DNA of 64,000 bases, from contig NMRA01000662.1 of assembly GCA_002633005.1 (NCBI GenBank), forward strand, positions 9,375 to 73,374, written 5' to 3'. Of the stretch, positions 40,201-52,200 are shown in pieces. The position numbers and the translations under genes were made by a program. The stretch comes from Phoronis australis. Taxonomy: Eukaryota > Animalia > Phoronida. The number at the start of each line of letters is the position of its first letter. Positions within the stretch are counted from its first letter, which is position 1. The notes beneath the pieces are model-generated. The model saw only the letters and a list, made by a program, of their open reading frames with translations. It was not told where the DNA came from and ran no database searches.

Positions 40201-43200
40201 TTTCATTTTTTTTGGCTGTATTTATTACAGCTCATCAAAATTGCATCCATAAACTCAACACACATCTTGGTTAGCTTCATTGCCTTAAATAATACAAAAG
40301 CGCAGTCTTGTACAAACACTGTATGTTATCTCTGTAATTCAAAAATTTGAAATGATACTGCAAACATACACTAAATATTATGTTGGAATTATGTAAGTCT
40401 TCAGCAGTAGATATAATGAATGAAACTGCTAGTACCAGGAATTTGTGAGAAGAAACCCAAGGGTGTATATTTGGCAGGTGTACTTTTGCCTTTCTGGTAT
40501 AAGTTTAGGTGTACTTTTGGAAAACAGATGGGGTTATACACCAGCCACATGGAAGCAGAATAAGGAATATACTGCATAGTTTAGACAGGTTATTTGGCAT
40601 CGTTACTTAAAAATATATTGTAGAAGATGGCTGTGTTGCTATTGCATACGTTTATTTATTTATTGTAATATTTAAAATGAGGGTGGCCTCTTCAGTGACA
40701 GCACTACTTTCCAAGAGGGCTTTCGACAATAAAATATAAAACAGTAATATAATACAATAAAGTAGTAAAACAATAATAAAATACATGAAACAAAGATACA
40801 ATTAAAACAGGTTGAGAATTTAGAACACAAATAAACGATGAAGGGTGATGAAAATTTGACTAAGAGAGTTGTAAGAATTATTAGACTTTATGCATGCCAT
40901 ATGTTACAACCCTGGTTGGGACAGAGATCTTTTCAGACTTAACTATAGGTCATGTGATGTGACCACCATGTGGCGTGTATGAAGAACAAAAAAAATATTT
41001 AAAGCTACCTTTTGTCTTTATTTGATACTCAGTGACACTATTCATTTTGAGAAATCCTAAAACCTATTGAAATATTTCATTCTGTCTCCGACTTGTAGGT
41101 CCTTGGGCCTGTATTTGGATGGCCTATTTGTGGAAAATCGTGTTTCGCTATGAAATCAACAACATTAAGCTCTAAAGAGAACCTGTTGGACATTGTTGGT
41201 TTCAGAAACACGCTTGTGAAAACGCAAAAAAAACATGTGACCAGCACAACACATCTCTCAAGCTGAGTAAGACACGTGACCAGCACAACACATCTCTCAT
41301 GCTGAGTAAGACAACACAGTTCACCTTCTGTGCGAATCCGATAAACAATAACAAACGCAAGAAATAAACAAACTGTTACCTATAAGTACAACCTATGATA
41401 AGATGGCTACCAGAACATATAGTAACCAAATGGCTTCATATCGCTACTCTCATGTCTAACTTAATGTTGTGAGAGTTGTGGGCTAAGTATACAATTTACT
41501 CACTTCGCACCCGTTCTCCTTAAGTGGAAATAAAGTGGAACGATTATATTAAGTGATTTAACTACACTTAATTCAGCCACGCAACTGCCTTTCATACCAC
41601 AATAAATTTAGAGATGACATCGTTCATCATGGATCTAATTTGTGAAATGTGACTTAAGTATTAAAGTCAGACATTTTGTTTTGGGCTCCCACTTCCGTTA
41701 CTCACTCAATACTGAATACTGAATACTTACTGAATACTTACTGAATACTTCCTGAATACTTACTGAATACTTAATGAATACAATACCGAATACTGAATAC
41801 TTACTGAATACTTACTGAATACCGAATACTTAATGAATACAATTTTATAGTGAATACAGTACTGAATACTTACTAAATACAATTTTTGCCATGAAATTGA
41901 TAGCACATCACAGCTCAGCAATAACTGATACAAAATTATACTTACAATGTTGGTTATATTATCAGAGACATTTTGTTTTATTGAGTAGTGTGCCCGACAG
42001 AATTTCTGACTAAAGACCTAAGTCACTTTTCAAGGAACAGAAATCTGGCCAAGACATCAGTTTATGCACTGAGGCTGTTCTTTTCAAGGGGTAAGCAGGA
42101 GGAAACCTGATCAACGACATGATTAGCACACTATAAATGACTGAATTGTCTATTGTAGAGAGATATATCACAGCCTTCTATTGCTTTTGAAGTAAGCTAA
42201 AAGACAGCCCGTCCACATTAGACAATTCAGTCAATCACCTACATTTGAAGGTATTACTTTTCATTTTGAATAGAATGAAGACCTGTTATACACGCCAATA
42301 AAAACTTGTATTATGACCTAGTTTTACTCAATTTGCAAATCATTTTTTACTTCACAACACAGCACTCCCATGGTAACTCATGTTTGGTGTGTGGAGCTAG
42401 TGTCATACCTTCGATCCTGGCGTACTCTGAGATTCTTGTGTAGTTGACAAGTGCTGCATTCTCCAGACATTTCTTAATCACATGACGCACCTCTTCTGGT
42501 GGAACTGGGGTGACGATGTCTTTCATCAGCACCTGCAGGAAAGGACAATGGTTCTGGGAGTTGATCAGTTTATCTTTTTCAAACAGTGTCGCTTTTCAGA
42601 GACTATGATTTTTAATTTCTTAAACACGGGCACAAACAGTAGGGATCTTACTCGAATCTCTCAAACGAGGCTAACAAATAGCAGTGAACACCAATCTCTC
42701 AAACATTGCCACTAATAGCAGTGAACACCAATCTCTCAAACATGGGCACAAATAGCAGTGAACACCAATCTCTCACAAACACAGGCACAAATAACAGTGA
42801 ACACCAATCTCTCAAACAGGGGCACAAATAGCATTGAACACCAATCTCTGAAACACGGGCACAAATAGCAGTGAACACCAATCTCTCAAACACGGCCACC
42901 AATAGCAGGTGAACACCAATCTCACAAGCACAGGCAGAAATAGCAGTGCACACCAATCTTTCAAACAGGGGCACAAATAGCAGTGAACTCACTCCAATCT
43001 CTCAAACACGGTAACAAATAGCAGTGAACACCAATCTCTCAAACACAGCCACCAATAGCAGTGAACACCAATCTTACAAGCACGGGCAGAAATAGCAGTG
43101 CACACCAATCTCTCAAACAGGGGCACAAATAGCAGTGAACTCACTCCAATCTCTCAAACACGGTAACAAATAGCAGTGAACACCAATCTCTCAGTTTGCC

Positions 43201-46200
43201 AGAGGCAAACCAATGTTTACACAGTACACCTCTTTTATTGTCTGCTTTCATCTGAAAAGCTCACGCAATCCAGCAACTATATAATTGTAAAAAGCACGCC
43301 TGACACTCACCAATACATAAAAATACTATTTGCAAACGACTTTCAACAAATGTCGTCAAGCAGATGTGTTTTGTATGAAATACTTTCACCAGAAATCTTC
43401 AAATGGAAAAAACCATTCACTTTCAGAGAAATTAGACTTAACTTTCACCTGTAGATTCCTTTGTGTGACTGTAAGCTAGACCAGCTTAACCACAATATTG
43501 GTTACCAACACAAAAGGCTTGCTGGACAAGTTTAATGGACAATGATTCTAGATTAGATCAAGATAGCAGAAATTTCTTGATTTTTACACTCCAGGAGAAT
43601 GGTACGTAATGCTATTGATGTAAAGATGAAACATAAAAATTACCCTTTCCAACAACGACAGTGTTGCCTTTAGAGCGCCCTCTGGCCGACCAAATGGAAA
43701 ACAATACCTGAAACACACACGGTCAACTATATCATTCACAAAACCATCGTATATGTTTTTGCAAATGATGTAAAAAACAGTTGTTAGACTTATCGAATGT
43801 ATGAAACAATAATTGAGAAAATGTTACCACTGAGGCAGTCAGCTCGACAGAAGTAGAGACAGGTTTTGAGGTCAAACACTAGAAAGAAGCACCAGTCAGT
43901 GCTGGGTCATTACCACACATGAGTACAAGAGTTTTCATACCTGAAGTGCGTAATCTGATGGATTAGTAAACTCCTTAGGTTTTCTTTAATATCATCAAAC
44001 ATTTCTTTCTCTATCGTAGTTACTGTTCCAATGCCGTCAGGCCTGTAAAGTTTAACAAGACAGTTGGCCATACCATCAGATCATAGATCGTAAATTATAC
44101 ACAACACATTCCCAACTCTAATACAAATTCCCACAGGAGGCGCCACTTACTTTGGGAACTAATCCCACCTTGCGGTTAGAGTATTTGAACAGGAACTTCT
44201 GCCATCTGGTTTATTGCCAATCAATGGGAAAGAAAATGTATGGGCACTGAAAAGTCTTTCAACATTGTGTTTTAGTGGACTTGTCGTTGTAATGTTGAGA
44301 ACAGTTCAGGACGTGACATCACAACACAAACCATAGCCAGAGGAAGTAAATACATAAAGTAAAACATGTTCACATTCCACAGGACAGTGCAACGCACCAC
44401 CACAAAACGACAAGTCATGCTACATCCTTGTTCAATATAATGTTACAAGCTCCAATCATACTTCAAGCTTCACCATAACACCTTCGTCAGATCCACCCCA
44501 ACATTAACACCCTAAATGACCTAGTTACAGTTTACAGTATAATGGGTGAATTCATGTACACTAGGTGGCGCTAATGAACAAATGACACTATTTCCAAACA
44601 GCTGAATAGACTGTGAACAGAGAACAGTTCATCAGCACACAGGATTTGTGGCATAAAGGTCGCACTTGATTACCTGAAAACACGCATATCTACGGGTAGT
44701 ACCCTTGTTAAACTTGCACCGCCTAGTACATTCAGAGTTTCCTATTAATCCCACAAACTAAAAGTAGTGAGTTTTAAGTGTATAAAAAACTTATGTGTTA
44801 CCATGGATCGTACCTGTTACCGTGGACGTGTGAGGCACAGAAGGCAAAGCCGTAGTGTATAAGTGTCGGGTCGATCATGATACCTTTCTCAGCCCTCTCC
44901 AATAGATCATTAAGGTAACACAAGTGACGATGGCAGCCGCGTACACCGTACCTAGCGCAGTACTCATCCAATACAAAAATCTGGCCAGGGCTGAACCATC
45001 CCTACAGACAACAAAGAATAGCATAGGCAGATGCAATTCGTGCTTTATATGAGATTATGATTAAGAGCAAACACAGTGAAAGGCTCGTTACCAAATGTAG
45101 GGGCTTGGAATACTAATGCACCTTATGTAAGGGCACTTATATCACTTGGTATACATTGCTGCATTTGACCAATGACTTACCAGACATGTATATGCATCGT
45201 TAAGTCTGTAGTCCAGTGTCAAGGTCTGTAACATTTTGAACAGTTCATGATGATCAAACTGACATGGATCAGCTTGTACGTACTCATCAAGACCATGTTT
45301 ACGGGCGCGGTCAGCATCTACGACAAGAACACAACATAAATTTACAGGCACGATCAGCATCTAAGACAAGAGCACAAGCTAAACTCAATAAAAACTAAAC
45401 CTTAATTAAGAACTGCCTGTATTGATTACAGGGCGTTTAAACTGAAATACTATAAAATTCACGGGTAGATGTTAAGTCAAATACAACAGAACATTGACGT
45501 TCAAAAGTGAAATTGATGTAAATTCTGGGGAGAGAGTCAAGTCAACTGCGGGCAATAACACAGATATACGGGGTATGAGCAAGTATTAAGGAAACTGTAC
45601 ATAATTCATTATCTTTACTAACTTAATAACCAAAGGTAAATGTCACGTTTCATAAAATGAAAGAAACAAATTATATATTAATCAGCAAACCATAGATAAT
45701 TCAATTATTTAGGCTTAAGCTTCCTAAACAAATGAGCACTGTCTGGTTAATACAACAGAGATAGAACTATGTCCATGCCAACAAATAGGGTCGTATTTAC
45801 TCAATTATACACTAGAAGATAAAAGTCTCTCTATCAGTTAATTTTGTTAAATACACAGTCAACTGGTTTTCACTATTTCCACCTTCACAGATAGCCTTTC
45901 ATAGGTTCCCACCTATGTCCGGTCAGCAGGCGACAATGTGATGTGTAAGTATTGTCCCTAGGACATCATGACGAACATGATGAAACACATTAACATTCCA
46001 AATGTCCATATATTTACAGGATCAAAGCACGGTGCATTGATCATCTTAGACCATCAAAGGTGAAACTAAAATACTCAACCTCCTGTCAGAAATAAATCAA
46101 AGTAGACACAGTACGAGTTAGTGTTTAACTTGCACTTTGATAGTCTAAGATGGCCCACTTATCATAATATGGGAACAATTCACAATGTTTATTTGTTTCT

Positions 46201-49200
46201 CTATATTCATCATGTCCTTGTGACCCTACAAGCACCATGTGCATCATTGTCTGTCGACAACAAAAGTGAAAACTTATGAAAGGGTAGCTGTCAAGCTGAA
46301 AATAGCAAAAACCAGTTATGTATTTAATAAAACTTATCAATTTTACACTGAAAATATAAAGTATCAATTACAAATCAATCTATTTTTCATTAATTCAAGA
46401 AACCAATATTCCCAATTCAATGTAATCATCAATAGAAATCAGTGGCACAGAGAGACAAAGACTTATTTTTTTAAATCATATAAAAATACACATTGTTATA
46501 TGACTGGGTGGCCAGCAAAGGCACCGGTTGCTAATAGCTGACCACCGATATTAACAATTAAGAAGAACAATATAGATAACAACAGAAAAAAGTACATGTA
46601 CAATGAAATACAATACATATACAATGAAATACAATACATATACAATGAAATACAATACATATACAATGAAATACAATACATATACAATGAAATACAATAC
46701 ATATACAATGAAATACAATACATATACAATGAAATACAATACACTGCATTACATTTAACATACTGCAGCAGACTTTGAGTCACATCACTCTCTCCATCAA
46801 CAATGAGACCTACCTCCTTGCAGTCTTGACAGTGTTGATGTCTGAGGCGTGGCCGACTTGCCTGAAGTGGGTACGACTGGCTGGGGCGGTGTGGGTTTGT
46901 GGGACTGACCAGTGGCACGATAGATGGCTTGGATCCACAAAGTCATGTCATTCTCATCATTACTACCAAAGATGACATTGTCGCCCTCCTTCACGGTGTT
47001 GAAGAAGAACCGGCAGCCTTCGTACTCAGCTGGGAAGACGAACAGACATCATTGTCCAATAATTAGACAAAAAATAGACCGCAGATTTGATCTCATGACC
47101 TTTTGCAGTGTCTGCAGAAATGAAGCATTATGTAGAGATCTTGGGTTTTCCATTCTCAACAAGAGCAACGCGGAGTGTTGAAATGCACAAATGCACTGCA
47201 AACGGTGTGCTTCTAGGGTGTTTATTTGTATCGTAAAAATGGCCACTAGATAGTGCAAAATATTTCGAATCCATCAACAAACCAGAAAATGTCACCATTT
47301 TTTAATAGAAAGCTAATTACTACATTTCATGAAAATCCATCAAGAAACTTTAGCAAAACGAAAAAAAATGAAATTGCCACTAGGGGAAAAAGGTTCATCG
47401 AGTCCATCTGAAAGTTGCCATCTTCTGTTGTCAATGTCATATACCATTAAATACACTCGCTAAATTTAATAAACATTCTGCAGAGGACTTGGGAGATACA
47501 GCCATGGGTGCAAAAACAAACAAAACTGCCATTAGGAGGCGCCAAAGTAGTCGAAGTCGTCGGAAAATCATCATCAACCATCCTCTTCAATCATCCTTAA
47601 AGTGACTCAGTTGCTGGAGGGACGGACGCCAAAAAAGACTGGAAAACGGTAAAAATGGCCACTAGGTGGTGCAAAATACCTCGAATCCATCCGAAAACAG
47701 GAGGATAGCATCATCTCATTAATAGATGAATATGTGCCAAATTTTATAGAAATCCATCAAGGGCCTTTGAAGATACAGAGGTAAACGTAAAAAATTGCCA
47801 CTAGGGGGCACACCTATTCTCCGATCTGTCTGAAAGTTGTCGTCGTCCGTTGTCAACTTCATATTAACACATTTGCTACATTTAATAACAATCATGTAGA
47901 GTGTTTAGGAGATACAGCCATTGGCGCAAACAAAAAAAAAAATCTGCCACTAGGAGGCACCACAGTAGTCGAAGTCGTCCGAAAATCATCGACAACCATC
48001 CTCTTCATAGTAACAACATACATGCCAATTGTCCTTAGAGTGGTTTGGTTGACAGAGGGCCGAACGCCAAAAAACGTACTCGAAAATAGTAAAAATGGCC
48101 ACTAGACGAAGCAAAATGCCTCGAATCCATCCAAAAACGAAAGGATAGTGCCAAATTTCATGAAAATCGGTTGAGGAACTTTACAGATACAGACGTAAAC
48201 GTAAAAAAACTAAAATTGCCACTATGGGGCATAGCGGTATTTGGGTTGGTCTGAAACTCGTCACCCTCTGTCGTCAACCCCATAGAAATACCTGCCAAAT
48301 TTCAATAAGATCCTGCAAGGGGTTTAGGAGATATAGCAGCGGACACCAGACACCACACACCTAGACAGAGATGACGGCAATATGCACCCATATGGGTGAA
48401 TAAAAACAAAGAAATCCATTTTAGTAAACAAAATTTTTTTCATTTTCAAAACTACCAAAATTAGTTTTACTATTTGAAATTGACGAAAACTGCATAAAAA
48501 CAATGTTGGAACTATCATTACTTTGTAGAAATAAGCCACAGCTCTATTTCACAGATAACTTGATGCACAACTTCTTTATTGTTCCTCAAAACCAGAAAAG
48601 AACAGCACCATCATCAAGAGAACATGTCTACTGCAAAACAACTGTCAATCGATTTGTGGCCAGAATATGTCTAACTTAATCACTAATTATTGGAAACTAA
48701 AAACAGAAAATAGTACAACTAAGGCATCTGCTAATGAGATATACAAAGTCCATGAATTCCCGTTTTCCTGGAAAATCAGGGTCTGTACTTTGAATACTGT
48801 CCAACATAATTTAATACAATCTGAAATTATAGGGAAAACAGTGATGTTTTGGAGTGTGCCAAAACATGTTTTGTGGACATCTGAAAATGAAGTATGCACT
48901 ACAAAACTTGCCAAGTAAGTTTAGGGAAATGATTAACTTTGACGTCATTTGCTGCATATTGCGTACATAAAGAATGTTTTTGAGCAAAGGTAAAGTAGAT
49001 ATCCAAAGAATTTGAACTGTTAAAAAATACAGTCAAAAAGGAAAAGAGTATTAATACACACATCCAGGATGGTCACAGTAGTCAACAGTGAATCCATTCA
49101 AGGGCATCATCTCAGTAGGATCAGGCTTCTTCTCACGGTAACTACACATGGCAAACATGTATTGTGACACCTGCAACAGCATAAAGGGAAACTAATTGTT

Positions 49201-52200
49201 AATACAAAATAACATAATGAATCCAGTGGGAAACCACCAAGTCATGTGACTAGCATTCACTTAGTAATAATCACCCCCCCGTGGCCTGTTCCATAACACA
49301 AGATATTGGTGAGTGGAAGCTAGTGAGAATGGAAGCTTGTGAGATCACGTGTAATAATGGAAATTTCTTACGAACATTTGTCTCAATGAGCAATCTCATA
49401 AAATTTGAAAGAAACCAGCCTTGTGGAATTCAGCCCGGATGCAAGACAGCACTTCATAGTGTTTCCTAATGAGACTATTGAGGTCACACAAGTAAATATT
49501 ATAGGTCTGCCAACTCTGCTGTTAAATAACTTCCAATTAAAGCAAGTGGTTATAGATTGTTCATTTATGATATACATACGTGTAAGTGAATATCTATTTG
49601 ATTAGCATGAAACTTTCATAGCTGTATAAGTTAGCACATCTTTCAGATTCAACACATTTTGTAATGAATGTGTAAAAATTATGAAAGTCAGGGGTTACAT
49701 CAGAGGAAGTACTGCTTGCATCATTGCATAACTGCTCGTTCTGGCTGTGAAATTATTCACAGGTTAACTTGAGAGGGCATGTGTGTCACCCTGGTATTTT
49801 CTGTGATAAACAGATTTATATATCTTCAGTCCAGCCTGACAACTCGAGCAGCCTCTGAGGTCACCGTTTTTGAGAAATTTGTGCAACATTCAAGGTTGTC
49901 ATTTTTTTTAAATCCCAGAGAATAATAATAAATATGCATTTAAAATTATATGCCTTAACTTAGAAGTTCAAAGTGCTGTTAGGCAATGATGTGATTGAAA
50001 GATACTATCTATTCAAGCATAGGGGCAAATTTACTTACAAAGTTGGGCCATTGTTTGGACACAACAGTGCGCCATTGTTTATGTAGAGATTCACTATAAA
50101 CAGACAGCTTCCTGTGGACTTAACAGTACTAGCCTTGTTCTGGGATAGGGATGTGAGACATAAATTTTGAGAATGGTGTGTGTGCGCACGTGTATGTGTG
50201 TGTGTGTGTGTGTGTNCGTGTGTGTGTGTGTGGGTGTGTGCGTGATTCTTGTCTTTCCCTGTTACTGTTACTGTGGTTATTTCAATATGCATGAAAATAA
50301 CTAAAATTTAAAGTCCCAAATTGACTGCATTCCTTGCTCACCTGAACAAGCATTTAAGTCCCAAATTGACTGTATTCCTTGCTAACCCGAACAAGCATTT
50401 AAGTCCCAAATTGACTGTATTCCTTGCTCACCTGAACAAGCACAAAGTACCGTTTCTTCCACTTCTTCCAAACTTTAATCCCCTGAGTGTAGAGATAGCC
50501 ACAGTACTTCATGTTCTGAGGTTTATCCATACGCACAGCCACCTTGATCTTCAAGTCATCGGGAAAGTTTTTGGTAGTTTGCAGTTTATATACCTCGGGC
50601 AGTTTGGAGCTGGTCGACGTGGGGTGAATTATCACCTGAAACCCATCACAATCATAATCACCCGTAACAAAACCATTTTACGCAGGAAGTTTATAGTGTC
50701 GTCACGGCTACAAGACGGTATCAGTGACAACACACACAAACTTCAAGTCAAATTGAACACTAATTGTACATTTCTAAAATTAGTTCTTTCACTGTCGAGC
50801 TAACATATTTGGTGACTACCTCACTTAATGCTAAATACGCTAATTGACACTATTTTGGTTCCCGCTGCAGACTTGTTTTCTAATGACAGGCAGTTGTGAC
50901 AGAATGCCAACGAAACAAATAGTACATCTGACACCAACATTCCATAACTTCTCTGGAGATGCCTAAACATTACACAGTTGTGTGTTTTTCCAGGCACTAA
51001 AGGTAATACTTCATAATAACTATGTTCTCCACTAATTGTCTTTACCAGGCACTAAAGGTAATACTTCATAATAACTATGTTCTCCACTAATTGTCTTTAC
51101 TCATCACAGTAACAAGTCTGACCTTCATCTGGACAAGTTTGACCTTCATCTGGACAAGTTTGACCTTCATCTGGACAAGTTTGGCTTATCTCGAGCGTGA
51201 TATGCAGTGCAAAGAACATAAACTTTAATGAGATTTGTTTTCTAAAAATCAAATAATAAAACTCTCGGCCCAGACTCAATGCACTGAATCCAAGGATTTG
51301 ACATCATATCACGCAGTTCTGAATCTGACATTAACTTACAAACCTATACATAATTTACGTCGAGTATGAATTTTCTGTTGCAGAGAACACTCTTAATATA
51401 CCTTGTGTCTAAAATCTTCACTACATGGTAACTTGCACTGCTGTAACATGGGGTGTTACCTTGTGTCTAATGTGTTCAATACATGGTAACATACACTACA
51501 GCAACATGATGTGTTACCTTGTAGTAACGTGTTTAATACATGGTAACATACACTGCAGTAACATGGGGTGTCACCTTGTTGCAATGTGTTCAATACATGG
51601 TAACATACACTACAGTAACATGGTGTGTTACCTTGTGTCTAATGTGTTCAATACATGGTAACATACACTACCGCAACATGATGTGTTACCTTGTGTCTAA
51701 TGTGTTCACTACATTGTAACATACACTGCAGTAACATGGGGTGTTACCTTGTGTCTAATGTGTTCAATACATGGTAACATACACTACAGCAACACGGTGT
51801 GTTACCTTGTGTCTAATGTGTTCACTACAGGGTAACATACCCTGCAGTAACATGGTGTGTTACTTTGTGTCTAATGAGTTCAATACATGGTAACATGCAC
51901 TGCAGTAACATAGGGTGTTACCTTGTGTCTAATGTGTTCAGTACATTGTAACATACACTGCAGTAACATGGTGTGTTACCTTGTGTCTAACGTGTTCAAT
52001 ACATGGTAATATACACTGCAGTAACATGGGGTGTTACCCTGTGTCTAATGTGTTCACTACATGGTAACGTACACTGCAGTAACATGGGGTGTTACCTTGT
52101 GTCTAATGTGTTCAATACATGGTAACATACATTGCAGTAACATGATGTGTTACCTTGCCTAGCTCTTTGTCCTCCAAGCTCAACATGCCAGAACTTTCTG

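Noticed and set aside
44796-44826. 19-bp-period echo of the exon end (TCCACGGTAACA / TCCATGGTAACA)
   Set aside because: It is only 11 of 12 bases, too short to stand alone, so it is counted only as weak support for the splice-site duplication pattern.
51399-52157. Regularly spaced repeats as a CRISPR-like array
   Set aside because: Whole units repeat with no unique spacers, the context is a eukaryotic intron, and there are no cas genes. The same applies to the other minisatellites.
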